NCBI GenBank assembly: GCA_963611755.1
Contig: CAVDTK010000001.1
Span: 1 to 45,986 of the forward strand
DNA length: 45,986 bases
Source of the DNA: Oscillibacter sp. ER4
GTDB lineage: Bacteria > Actinomycetota > Coriobacteriia > Coriobacteriales > Atopobiaceae
Reading direction: 5' to 3'
The notes below the pieces were generated by a model, which saw nothing but the letters and a program-made list of their open reading frames with translations, did no database searches and was not told where the DNA came from. Shown in pieces: positions 36,722 to 45,986 of the stretch. Both the position numbers and the translations under genes were made by a program. The number at the start of each line of letters is the position of its first letter. Position 1 is the stretch's first letter.

Positions 36722-37780
36722 TTAACGACCCAAGGTCGACCAATCGATAAAGAGTTCGCGACGAAGCTCGTTTTGGGCCTCTAGCTGGCGCTTGCTCTTC
36801 TTGCGGCGGGGCAAGCCGGTCTTCTCGGCCACGATATTCAGCACCGCATCGAAAGAGGCGACGTCGAAGACCTGATCGAAGGTAAGAAGGATGACCTCGT
36901 AGCCCATGCTCATGAGCGCGGTCGTGCGGTTGGAGTCCGAGATCGAGGCGGCCTCGCCTGCGTGGACCGAGCGGCCCTGGCACTCGATGATCACGCCCGC
37001 GCTTTGGGACTTGCCCTCTATCAGGATGTCTGCGTAGCAGCATTCATGCGGGTAGATCCTCTTTGCCGCCGGGGTCAGGCGGATACGCTGGTTGTTCTTG
37101 ATGGCCAGGCCTTCGCCGCCGACCGACCTCGGCAACCCCAGGAGCATGGACGTTTGCGCCTCGAAGGGCGACGCGGTCACGCCGGTGAGCTGTGAGGCGC
37201 ACCAGCGCAGGTTCTTGACGCCGTGGAAGTTTGGAACTTCATCGCAGAAGCCAGCGAGCTCCTCGCGAGTGAGCAGCGGCGGACGGCGCCAAAGGTTTGT
37301 GCCAGCGTCATCGACGTTCTTGACGCGGCGCCAGCCCTCTCCCGGAAGGATAAAGCCTTGGCGCTCGGCCTCCCTGAGCTGGGCTTCCGCGCGGTCGCAC
37401 GGGTTGAACACCGCGAAATCGCCTGTCATCTCGAAGGCGGCCATAAGCAGATCGATGCGCGAGACGCTTCGCGCCAGGGTGAGCAGGGTCGCCGCAGGCG
37501 AGGTCACCGAAAAGCCGAAATCGGTCTCAAACACCGACCCAAACGGCAGGTCGCCCTTGATGTAATGCGAGTCATAGAGCTTCGTCACCCCATGATCCGC
37601 CATCTTAAATACAACTCGATGGATCGGTGTTTCAAGAAGATCGGAAACTATCGGCGAAGCAGCCAACTTCAAGTGATTCGAATCCTCATACGCAAATGGC
37701 AACGGAGGATACAGCCCGACTATTTGGGGCGGAACTCGATAGAAGCGTAAAGCGGTTGGCCCGCAAAGCGTGATGTCCAT
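36722..37780 (-). CDS. AbiEi-like / DUF559 (Vsr-like PD-(D/E)xK) putative endonuclease
   Basis: Central VTSPAATLLTLA; C-terminal SPFE, YADIL, IIECQG..H and D..R..AL..MGYEVILLT. 5' half is visibly more AT-rich than the neighbours. Confidence 0.72.
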   Translation of the reverse strand: MDITLCGPTALRFYRVPPQIVGLYPPLPFAYEDSNHLKLAASPIVSDLLETPIHRVVFKMADHGVTKLYDSHYIKGDLPFGSVFETDFGFSVTSPAATLLTLARSVSRIDLLMAAFEMTGDFAVFNPCDRAEAQLREAERQGFILPGEGWRRVKNVDDAGTNLWRRPPLLTREELAGFCDEVPNFHGVKNLRWCASQLTGVTASPFEAQTSMLLGLPRSVGGEGLAIKNNQRIRLTPAAKRIYPHECCYADILIEGKSQSAGVIIECQGRSVHAGEAASISDSNRTTALMSMGYEVILLTFDQVFDVASFDAVLNIVAEKTGLPRRKKSKRQLEAQNELRRELFIDWSTLGR

Positions 37781-37827
37781 AGCGCCCCGTCCCAAAGACC
37801 ATTTTGGCTCACAGTGCCATCATTCTT

Positions 37828-37953
37828 ACGAAAGTTGGGACCAGTTTAAGCAATCAGCAAGTAGAACGGTCGAATCAACCAAGAAACCGCAGGTCAATTC
37901 AAGCAAAAAGTACCGTGTACTCAGCAAACGGCTAAACTGATCCCAACTTTCGT
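37828..37953. repeat. Inverted-repeat element (21-bp arms, 1 mismatch, 84-nt spacer, central CAGGT core) upstream of the nuclease gene
   Basis: ACGAAAGTTGGGACCAGTTTA (37828-37848) and TAAACTGATCCCAACTTTCGT (37933-37953). AAACCGCAGGTCA lies at the centre. Confidence 0.9.
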
Positions 37954-37983
37954 TAAAAAAGTTAGCTTGGCCCCGAGTACGAC

Positions 37984-38907
37984 CTACGCGGTGAGGTAGA
38001 CCATCACCAAAATCATGACGAAACCCACGATGTCGGTGGGGGCGAAGGTCGCGCCCAGCAAAAGGACCGAGGACAGGGTCGCCGCGATGGGCTCGGAGGT
38101 GCCCAGAAGGGCCGCGCGCATCGAGCCCGCATCGTGAACGCCCTGCAGATAGAGGGCATAGGACCCAAAGGTTCCCACAATCACGCAGAACGCAAGCAGC
38201 GCGATGGCCGTGCCGTCGAGGGCGGGCATGTGCTCCCAGGGGCGATAGGCCGCGGACAGGATGCAGCCCGAGATCAGAAACGCCAGGCCGTTGACCGTGA
38301 AGTTACCCCACTTGCGCATGGGCTCGGCCGGAAGGATCGACAGGCAGGCCGAGGACAGGGCGCAGACCAGGCCCCAGGCAAGGCCTCCCAAGGGGATCGT
38401 GAGCTGGCCGAAGTTGCCGCCCGTCGAGATCAGGAACGTTCCCACAAGGGCCAGGGCCACGCCCGCCACCTCGCGAATGCGAGGGGCCCGGCGCAGGCGA
38501 ACGCAGCTGTAGACCAAGACAAGCGCCACGCCCAGGCTCTGCATGACCGTCGCCATGGCCGAGCTGGTCCAGCTGATGGCCTCGAGGTAGGCGACCTGCG
38601 AGAAAAGGATGGCGCCTAAGGACACCGCCAAGACCTCGAGCATGCCCCGGCGGTCACGGACCACGCCCGCGAGCTGAGCGCGTCCGTCGGGCGTCGCCGC
38701 GGCGGCGGCCAAGAACAGCCAGCAGGCCAGAAGCTCCCGCACGCAGACGAGCCACAAAGGGTCGATGGCGTAGGTGTCCATCAAGAACTTCGCGGCCGTA
38801 CCGTTGAGGCCCCAGAAGGTGCCGCCCACCAAGGTGGCCACAATACCGCGGCGGATCCTCGCGCGGCGCTCGGCATCGGTGGTCTGAACAGGCTCGTCTT
38901 GTGCCAT
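37984..38907 (-). CDS. EamA/DMT-family transporter
   Basis: Two EamA repeats, GGTFWG and SEPIAA; about 10 TM segments. Confidence 0.9.
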   Translation of the reverse strand: MAQDEPVQTTDAERRARIRRGIVATLVGGTFWGLNGTAAKFLMDTYAIDPLWLVCVRELLACWLFLAAAAATPDGRAQLAGVVRDRRGMLEVLAVSLGAILFSQVAYLEAISWTSSAMATVMQSLGVALVLVYSCVRLRRAPRIREVAGVALALVGTFLISTGGNFGQLTIPLGGLAWGLVCALSSACLSILPAEPMRKWGNFTVNGLAFLISGCILSAAYRPWEHMPALDGTAIALLAFCVIVGTFGSYALYLQGVHDAGSMRAALLGTSEPIAATLSSVLLLGATFAPTDIVGFVMILVMVYLTA

Positions 38908-39003
38908 ACGTGTATCTCCTTCAACAAAGCGGCTCAGCTAGAGTAGCACCCCAAGGTGGGGTATGCTGCTCACGTACAAAAGCAACCTAAGGAGTACCCC
39001 CAC

Positions 39004-41940
39004 ATGGCATCCGCAGATTATTCGGCCGCCGACCCGGCCCTGGCCAACGGCAGCGCCCACTCCGGCTTCGAGGTCACCCGCGCCGAGGCCGTTCCGGAGA
39101 TTTCCGGTTACGCCTACGTCATGAAACACCAGGCCACGGGCGCGCGCCTGCTGTGGCTCGCCTGCGACGACAGAAACAAGTCCTTTGCCATCTCGTTCAA
39201 GACGCCCCCGCAAGACGACACGGGCGTCTTCCACATCCTGGAGCACTCGGTGCTGTGCGGCAGCGACGCCTACCCGGTCAAAGAGCCCTTCGTGAACCTG
39301 CTCAAGACCAGCATGCAGACCTTCTTGAACGCCCTCACCTTCCCGGACAAGACCATGTACCCGGTGGCCTCGACCAACACGGCCGACCTCGAGAACCTCA
39401 TGGGCGTCTACCTGGACGCGGTCCTTCACCCCGCGATCTACCGCCGCCCGCGCATCTTCGAGCAGGAGGGCTGGCACCTCGAGGTCCAGGGCGAGGGCCA
39501 AGACGCCAAGCTCGCCTACAACGGCGTGGTCTTCAACGAGATGAAAGGCGCCCTCTCCGATCCCGACGACGTCTTGTACCAGGCCCTGTCCACCAGCCTC
39601 TTTCCCGATACCGCCTATGGCTTCGAGTCGGGCGGCAACCCCCGCGCCATCCCGACCTTGACCTACGAGAAGTTCCTGGACACCCACGCGCGCCACTACA
39701 ACCTGGCCAACAGCTACACCGTGCTCTACGGCGACCTGGACATCGAGCGCGAGCTGGCCTTCATCGCCGAGCGCTTTGACGCGGCGGCCGCGCGCGACGC
39801 CGGCGCCCCCAACACCCTGGCGCTCCAGGCCCCCGTACGACCCGAGCGCCGCGTGATCAAGATGGCGACCGCCCCTACCAACGCCGAGATCGGCGTCTCC
39901 TACGTCATCGGCGGCGCCGACGAGCGCGACCGCGTGATGGCCGCCGACATCCTGCTCGACGCCCTGTGCGGCTCCAACGAAGCCCCGCTCAAGCGCGCGA
40001 TCCTGGACTCGGGCCTGGGCGACGACTTCGACGCGACGCTCATCGACGGCGTCATGCAGCCGCAGGTCATGTTCACCTTGAAGGGCTCCCATGAGGGCGC
40101 CGGCGAGAAGTTCCGCGACCTTCTCGAGTCCACCTGCGCCCGCATCGCCGAGGAGGGTGTGCCCAAGGACAAGCTCGCCGCGGCCCTGGCCCAGTCTGAG
40201 TTCAACCTGCGCGAGGGCGACTGGGGCGGCTACCCCGACGGCGTGGGCCTTTCCATGACCGTCATGTCGTCGTGGCTCTACGACGACGACCGCCCCCTCG
40301 ACTATGTCCACTACGAGGGCGCCCTGGCCAACGCCAAGGCGGGCCTTGATACCGGCTACTACGAGGGGCTTCTCCGCGAGCTGGTGTGCGAGAGCGCCCA
40401 CGCGGCCGAGGTCGAGCTGGTGCCGGTCGAGGAAGGCGACGCGGCCGAGGAGGAGGCCGAGCTGGCCGCGCGCCGCGCCCAGATGAGCGACGCCGAGCTG
40501 GTCGCCGTCGCGGCCGAGGTGGCCGCCCTTCGCGCCGAGCAGGAGGCCCCCGACACGCCCGAGGCCCTGGCCACCCTCCCCCAGCTGGGCGTCGCCGACA
40601 TCGAGGACCCCAAGCCCGAGCCGCGGGGCTTCATGGCGGCAGCCCCCCTGCCCTGCATCGCCCACGAGCTGGACACCCACGGCATCGACTACGTCTATTA
40701 CTACTTCGACCTGCGGCGCCTCGCGACGGACGAGCTGGTCTACGCGGGCCTTCTCTCCGACCTTCTCGGCAAGCTGGACACCGCGTCGCACACCGCCTCT
40801 GACCTGGACACCTTGGCCGAGACCAACCTGGGCAACCTAAGTTTTTCGGTCGAGACCTACGCGCCCAAGGACGACCTGCTGTGCGCCGTGCCGGCCTTTC
40901 GCGTGGGCGCGAGCGCCCTTTCGCAGAAGGCGCCCTTCCTGGCGAGCATCCCGGCCGAGGTCTGGTCGTCCACGAGCTTTGCCGACACCGACAGCGTCCG
41001 CGACATCCTGACGCAGCGCAAGATCGCCCTCGAGCAGTACTTCGTGGGCGCCGGCCACGCGGCAGCGATGGCGCGCGCCAACACGTACTTCTCGGCAGCC
41101 TCGCGCGCCACGGAGCTCATGGGCGGCCTGGACTACTACCTCTACCTGCGCGAACTTCTGGCCAACTGGGACGAGCGCAAGGACGCCCTGGTAGCCACGC
41201 TAGCCCAGGTATGCGAGAAGGTCTTCACCGCCGACGAGGTCACCGTAAGCTTCGTGGGCGACGCCGCCGACCGCGAGCGCTTTTGGGCCGAGGCCGGCGA
41301 CCTGAGCCTTCCCACCTCCGCCGAGAAGCCCGCGCATGTCCTGGACGTGAAGCCCCGCGGCGCCTGCCAGGAGGGCTTTGCCATCCCCTCCAACGTGAGC
41401 TACGTCGTGCGCGCGCAGGCGAAATCGGCCCATGACCAGAGCACCCTTGGCTGCTGGGCCGTGGCCAACCGCGCGATCTCCTACGACTACCTGTGGAACG
41501 AGGTCCGCGTGAAGGGCGGCGCCTACGGCTGCGGCTTCCGCTACGGCGGCGAGACGGGCCTGCGCAGCTTCTGGTCCTACCGCGACCCCGCGATCGACGC
41601 CACGCTGGCCCGCTACGACGCCTGCGGCGCGTGGCTTGCCGGCTGGCAAGGCACCCAAGACGAGCTCGAGGGCTACATCGTGAGCACCGTGGCCGGCTTC
41701 GACGCGCCCGTGAAGCCGCGCGCGATGGCACGTCGCCAGGACCTCGCGCGCTTCAACGAGAAGCCCGAGAACCACCGCCAGGTCGTGCGCCGCTCCATGT
41801 TGGAGACGGGCCTGGACGACATCCGAGCCCTGGCAGATGCCCTGGCAGACGACGAGCCCGCGTGCGGCGTCTGCGTCTTTGGCGGCAAGGAGGCCCTGGA
41901 GGCGAGCAAGCTCGACCTCACGATCACGGAGCTTTGCTAG
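39004..41940 (+). CDS. Insulinase-family M16C metallopeptidase (presequence protease-like)
   Basis: GVFHILEHSVLCGS inverzincin motif, FLNALTFPDKTMYP, GVVFNEMKG and VRVKGGAYG. Confidence 0.93.
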   Translation: MASADYSAADPALANGSAHSGFEVTRAEAVPEISGYAYVMKHQATGARLLWLACDDRNKSFAISFKTPPQDDTGVFHILEHSVLCGSDAYPVKEPFVNLLKTSMQTFLNALTFPDKTMYPVASTNTADLENLMGVYLDAVLHPAIYRRPRIFEQEGWHLEVQGEGQDAKLAYNGVVFNEMKGALSDPDDVLYQALSTSLFPDTAYGFESGGNPRAIPTLTYEKFLDTHARHYNLANSYTVLYGDLDIERELAFIAERFDAAAARDAGAPNTLALQAPVRPERRVIKMATAPTNAEIGVSYVIGGADERDRVMAADILLDALCGSNEAPLKRAILDSGLGDDFDATLIDGVMQPQVMFTLKGSHEGAGEKFRDLLESTCARIAEEGVPKDKLAAALAQSEFNLREGDWGGYPDGVGLSMTVMSSWLYDDDRPLDYVHYEGALANAKAGLDTGYYEGLLRELVCESAHAAEVELVPVEEGDAAEEEAELAARRAQMSDAELVAVAAEVAALRAEQEAPDTPEALATLPQLGVADIEDPKPEPRGFMAAAPLPCIAHELDTHGIDYVYYYFDLRRLATDELVYAGLLSDLLGKLDTASHTASDLDTLAETNLGNLSFSVETYAPKDDLLCAVPAFRVGASALSQKAPFLASIPAEVWSSTSFADTDSVRDILTQRKIALEQYFVGAGHAAAMARANTYFSAASRATELMGGLDYYLYLRELLANWDERKDALVATLAQVCEKVFTADEVTVSFVGDAADRERFWAEAGDLSLPTSAEKPAHVLDVKPRGACQEGFAIPSNVSYVVRAQAKSAHDQSTLGCWAVANRAISYDYLWNEVRVKGGAYGCGFRYGGETGLRSFWSYRDPAIDATLARYDACGAWLAGWQGTQDELEGYIVSTVAGFDAPVKPRAMARRQDLARFNEKPENHRQVVRRSMLETGLDDIRALADALADDEPACGVCVFGGKEALEASKLDLTITELC

Positions 41941-42048
41941 CGGGTGAGCGGGTTTCTCGCTTCTCGCCCTGGCCCCCGCACTGCATCGATGTTTGTAGGT
42001 CGCTTCCTCAAATGAACCGATGTTTGTGGGTTTAACGCCCCAGATTCT

Positions 42049-42088
42049 CAAAAAGAGCCGGCCTTTGTACAAAGGTCGGCTCTTTTGG
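42049..42088. terminator. Bidirectional terminator
   Basis: AAAAGAGCCGGCCTTTG-TA-CAAAGGTCGGCTCTTTT between convergent genes. Confidence 0.8.
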
Positions 42089-42134
42089 TAACGCGAGGGA
42101 TGGGTCGGCGCACAGCGCACGGCGCGCCCGCCCC

Positions 42135-42734
42135 CTAAACGAGAATCTCCTCCAACGCCAGCTTGGGCACGTGGTGCGAGCCGTCCGACTCGTGCCAGTA
42201 CGTGAGCCCATGGGCCTCGGCCGCGCCCACGCCGGCCCGCTCGAGCACGACCTTCTCGCCGCGCCCGCCCACCGAGACGACCAGCGCCACGGCCAGGCCC
42301 TTCTCGGTCAAGCCAAGCTCGTCGCCGAGGACGGCGTCGTAGCTCTTGTGCATGCAGCAGCCCAGGCCCTGCGCCGCCGCGGCCAGGGCCACGGTCTGCG
42401 CGGCGATGCCCACGTCGAGCAGGCGCACCGGGTTCTTTGCCGCCTCGGTCGGCAGGCAGATGACCACAAAGCCGCCGGGGCGCTGGTAGACCTCGGGGCC
42501 GTCCCAGTCCTTGAGCGCGGCCGCCCAGTGCAGGTGCGAGAAGACCAGCTGGCAGCCGGCGGGGTCCTTCTCCCCCACCACGTGAAAGCGCAGCAGCTGC
42601 GTGTTGTTGCCGGTGGGCGCCATGCGCGCGGCCTCCACCAGCTCGAGCAGCACCTCGTTTGCCACGGGCTTGCCGTCGTAGCGCCGGTAGGTGCGAGAAG
42701 ACCTCACCAGCTCCTGGAACTCCGTCTTGTCCAT
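42135..42734 (-). CDS. Nitroreductase family protein
   Basis: RTYRRY, AARMAPTGNNTQ, DVGIAAQT and GLGCC. Confidence 0.88.
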   Translation of the reverse strand: MDKTEFQELVRSSRTYRRYDGKPVANEVLLELVEAARMAPTGNNTQLLRFHVVGEKDPAGCQLVFSHLHWAAALKDWDGPEVYQRPGGFVVICLPTEAAKNPVRLLDVGIAAQTVALAAAAQGLGCCMHKSYDAVLGDELGLTEKGLAVALVVSVGGRGEKVVLERAGVGAAEAHGLTYWHESDGSHHVPKLALEEILV

Positions 42735-42750
42735 GCGCGCCTCTCCCCCT

Positions 42751-43911
42751 TTACACGTCGGCCGCGTCGATGGCGGCCACGGCCTCGCGAAGCTGGTCGG
42801 GCCCGAGCACGAGCGCCATGCGGCAGAAGCCCTCGCCCAAAGGCCCGAAGCTCGCGCCCGGCGTCACGATGACGCCGGCCTTCTCCATAAGCTCCAGCGC
42901 GAAGTCCATCGAGTCCTGGCGCCCGTGCGGCAGGCGCGCCCACACGAACATCGAGCCGTGCGCGTTGGGGCGCTCCCAGCCGATGGCCTCAAGGCCGTCG
43001 CACAGGGCGTCGCGGCGCTCCTGGTAGAGCAGCCGCTGGGCCTCGACCTGCTCGCGCGGGCCGGTGAGGGCGGCGATCGCGGCGTCCTGCTCGGGGTAGA
43101 ACATGCCGAAGTCGACCTGGCTGCGCAGCTTCTTCGCCGCGGCCACGATGTCGGCGCGGCCCACCAAGAAGGACAGGCGGCAGCCCGTGACGTTGAAGCT
43201 CTTGGACAGGCTCAAGAACTCGACGCCCACCTCCTGGGCGCCGGGATAGGCCAAGAAAGACCCGCCGGCCGGGCCGTCGTAGATGATGTCGGAGTAGGCG
43301 TTGTCGTGGATGACCACGACGTCGTGGGCCTTGGCAAAGGCGATGACCTGCTCGTAGACCTCGGGCGTGCCCACGCTTCCCACCGGGTTTGCCGGCAGCG
43401 AGACGATCATGTACTTGGCGGCGTCCGCGACGGCGGGGTCGATGCCGTCCACGTAGGGCAGGAAATCGTGCTCGGCGTCCAGCGGGTAGAAGGCGCACTT
43501 ACCGCCCGCGAGCAGCGTCGCGTTGCGGAAAACGGGGTAGCACGGGTCGGGCACGAGCACGGTGTCGCCCTCGTCGATCAGGGCCGCGCAGACCGAGAGC
43601 ATCCCCTCCTGCGTGCCGCGGCAGCTCATGATCATGTCCGGGCGGATGTTGTCTACCCCGTAGCGGTCGCGGTAGTAGTCGCACACGGCGGCGAGAAGCT
43701 CGTCCTTGTCGTGCAGGGAGTACTTCCAGTTGTTGGGGTCCTGCGCGCTCTTGATCAGGGCGTCGACCACGTGCGCGGGCGGGCGAAAGTCGGGCGTGCC
43801 CACCGAGAGGTCGAAGACGCGCCGGCCCTGGCCCTCCAGCTCGCGGCGCTTCACGTTGAGGGCGGCAAAGACCTCGTCACCCAAAAGGTCCAGACGTTTA
43901 GAGAACTGCAT
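42751..43911 (-). CDS. PLP-dependent aminotransferase class I/II (DapL/MtnE-like)
   Basis: DLSVGTPD, PANPVG, HDNAYSDI and SLSKSFNVTGCR. Confidence 0.88.
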   Translation of the reverse strand: MQFSKRLDLLGDEVFAALNVKRRELEGQGRRVFDLSVGTPDFRPPAHVVDALIKSAQDPNNWKYSLHDKDELLAAVCDYYRDRYGVDNIRPDMIMSCRGTQEGMLSVCAALIDEGDTVLVPDPCYPVFRNATLLAGGKCAFYPLDAEHDFLPYVDGIDPAVADAAKYMIVSLPANPVGSVGTPEVYEQVIAFAKAHDVVVIHDNAYSDIIYDGPAGGSFLAYPGAQEVGVEFLSLSKSFNVTGCRLSFLVGRADIVAAAKKLRSQVDFGMFYPEQDAAIAALTGPREQVEAQRLLYQERRDALCDGLEAIGWERPNAHGSMFVWARLPHGRQDSMDFALELMEKAGVIVTPGASFGPLGEGFCRMALVLGPDQLREAVAAIDAADV

Positions 43912-44250
43912 GTACCGCTCCAATCGGCAGGGGTTTCTCGCGTCGCCGGCGGGGCCCGAGACGGGCCTTCTGGCCGGGTTTTCTCGCCACACCACTTTAG
44001 CCCACCGCAGCGGCCCGCGCGGGCCAGGACCCCGAGCGGCAAGGGTAAACGAGCCGCCGAGAACCCCTTGTCAAGCGTCTTCAAAAGTTTTCTTGCATAA
44101 TGCAGACGCCGTCAACCAAGTCTTCACGCCGTTTGCGGGACGGCCCGACCGTTTACCAGAAAGGCCGTAAAAGATTTTAACCGGTGCCCCCCGGCCCACC
44201 TGCGCGGATGCCCGTTTCCTACAAAGCATTCTGTATGTCAAGACCCAATC

Positions 44251-44298
44251 TCGCAAGATATGGGGCTAATTCTTGCGCACAGACACAACAGGTTGTGC
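44251..44298 (+). promoter_or_regulatory. Tandem NrdR boxes
   Basis: TCGCAAGATATGGGGC (44251) and ACACAACAGGTTGTGC (44283), 32 bp apart, upstream of an RNR gene. Confidence 0.65.
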
Positions 44299-44386
44299 CA
44301 TAGTATGCATGCACACAAGATCACGCACGAGATTTGCGGCGCGCCCCACGGCGCGTCGCTTTTTACGGGAACGGAAGCAAAGACTC

Positions 44387-45986
44387 ATGAAGATCATCAA
44401 GCGTAACGGCTCGGAAGTCACCTTTGACAGCATAAAAATTGAAAATGCTATCCAAGCCGCCAACCTTGAGGTCGCGCCCGACCAGCGCATGAGCGACCGC
44501 GGCATCAAGTTCGCTACGGCAAACGTCGTGGACGCCTGCGAGACGGCCGGCCACACGGTGACCGTCGAGGAGGTCCAGGACATGGTCGAGGATCAGCTCA
44601 TGGCCCTCGACCACTTCGAGGTGGCCCGACACTACATCATCTATCGCTATGTCCAGGCCCAGAAGCGCCACAAGAACACGACCGACGACAAGATATTGTC
44701 CCTCATCGAGTGCAACAACGAGGAGGTCAAGCAGGAGAACTCCAACAAGAACCCCACCGTGGTCAGCGTCCAGCGCGACTACATGGCGGGCGAGGTCTCC
44801 AAGGACCTGGCCATGCGCGAGCTTCTCGACCCCGACGTCGTGCGTGCCCACGAGGAGGGCATCATCCACTTCCACGACGCGGACTATTTTGCCCAGCACA
44901 TGCACAACTGCGACCTGGTGAACCTCGAGGACATGTTGCAGAACGGCACGGTCATCTCGGGCACCTTGATCGAGAAGCCCCACAGCTTCTCGACCGCCTG
45001 CAACATCGCCACGCAGATCATCGCGCAGGTGGCCTCGTCGCAGTACGGCGGCCAGTCCATCTCGCTCACCCACCTGGCGCCCTTCGTCGACGTGTCGCGC
45101 AAGAAGATCCGCCGCCAGGTCTACTCCGAGATGGAGGCCATCGGCGCCCACCCCGGCACCGACAAGATCGACGAGATCGTCGAGCGCCGCCTGCGCGAGG
45201 AGGTCGCCCGCGGCGTCCAGACCATCCAGTACCAGGTCGTGACCCTTATGACCACCAACGGCCAGGCGCCGTTCATCACCGTGTTCATGTATCTCAACGA
45301 GGCTCGCAACGAGCAGGAGAAGGCAGACCTGGCCCTCTGCATCGAGGAGATGCTGCGCCAGCGCTACCAGGGCGTCAAGAACGAGGCCGGCGTCTGGATC
45401 ACGCCCGCCTTCCCCAAGCTCATCTACGTGCTGGAAGACGACAACATCGAGCCCGACAGCCCCTACTACTACCTCACCAAGCTCGCCGCCAAGTGCACCG
45501 CCAAGCGCATGGTGCCCGACTACATCTCCGAGAAGAAGATGCGCGAGTACAAGCTGTCCAAGGGCGAGACCGAGGGCAACGGCGACGTCTTCACCTGCAT
45601 GGGCTGCCGCAGCTTCCTGACGCCCGACCGCTCGGGCAACGGCTACGACAACGTGGCGCGCGCCAAGAACTACGATCCCGACAAGCCCAAGTACTACGGT
45701 CGCTTCAACCAGGGCGTCGTTACCATCAACCTGCCCGACGTGGCCCTTTCCTCGGGCCGCGACATGGACAAGTTCTGGGAGATCTTCGAGGAGCGCCTGG
45801 AGCTCTGCCACCGCGCCCTGCAGGCCCGCCACAACCGCCTGTGCGGCACCTTGTCCGACGCCGCCCCCATCCTATGGCAGTACGGCGCGCTGGCCCGTCT
45901 CAACAAGGGCGAGAAGATCGACCCCCTGCTTTACGGCGGCTACTCCACCATCAGCCTGGGCTACGCCGGCCTCTACGAGTGCGTGA
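44387..45986 (+). CDS. nrdD: Anaerobic (class III) ribonucleoside-triphosphate reductase, truncated by the window edge
   Basis: Open frame from ATG 44387 (absent from the ORF track because it has no stop): MKIIKRNG ATP cone, ENSNKN, IIHFHD, HNCDLVN, QYGGQ, PAFPKL, CMGCRSFL and GRFNQGVVTINL. Confidence 0.95.
   Translation, partial: MKIIKRNGSEVTFDSIKIENAIQAANLEVAPDQRMSDRGIKFATANVVDACETAGHTVTVEEVQDMVEDQLMALDHFEVARHYIIYRYVQAQKRHKNTTDDKILSLIECNNEEVKQENSNKNPTVVSVQRDYMAGEVSKDLAMRELLDPDVVRAHEEGIIHFHDADYFAQHMHNCDLVNLEDMLQNGTVISGTLIEKPHSFSTACNIATQIIAQVASSQYGGQSISLTHLAPFVDVSRKKIRRQVYSEMEAIGAHPGTDKIDEIVERRLREEVARGVQTIQYQVVTLMTTNGQAPFITVFMYLNEARNEQEKADLALCIEEMLRQRYQGVKNEAGVWITPAFPKLIYVLEDDNIEPDSPYYYLTKLAAKCTAKRMVPDYISEKKMREYKLSKGETEGNGDVFTCMGCRSFLTPDRSGNGYDNVARAKNYDPDKPKYYGRFNQGVVTINLPDVALSSGRDMDKFWEIFEERLELCHRALQARHNRLCGTLSDAAPILWQYGALARLNKGEKIDPLLYGGYSTISLGYAGLYECV

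Noticed and set aside
36722..37780. Type IV toxin-antitoxin or Vsr mismatch repair assignment
   Set aside because: No AbiEii nucleotidyltransferase or cytosine methyltransferase is adjacent, and the protein is much longer than Vsr.
41987..42031. Two copies of CGATGTTTGTRGGT, 31 bp apart
   Set aside because: Only two short copies; insufficient to call an element, though possibly a relic.
45984..45986. TGA at the window end as the nrdD stop
   Set aside because: Out of frame (GTG A); the gene continues beyond the window.

Overview
High-GC, gene-dense chromosomal segment. Gene content (class III RNR, DegV pair, AmaP-DUF2273-Asp23 locus, TanA-like lipoprotein, M16C peptidase) fits an anaerobic actinobacterium, probably Coriobacteriia (inference). 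There are about 40 mostly housekeeping, transport, envelope and stress genes, including gltA, nhaA, mtnN-luxS, pcrA/uvrD, dacA, uppP and a truncated nrdD. The left end is accessory: an orphan 59-aa double-glycine-leader peptide gene and an IS1595-family element (24-bp TIRs, 8-bp TSD, frameshifted transposase). The most unusual signal is a family of intergenic elements. Each has long inverted arms of unrelated sequence, an ~84-93 nt spacer and a shared central AAA-SSS-CAGGT core, and some carry 42-bp periodic repeat units. One copy sits immediately upstream of an AbiEi-like/DUF559 (Vsr-like) nuclease gene, suggesting a REP/REPIN-like system with a non-HUH mobiliser (hypothesis). No rRNA, tRNA or CRISPR array was seen. 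All product calls come from motif recognition by eye, not database searches.
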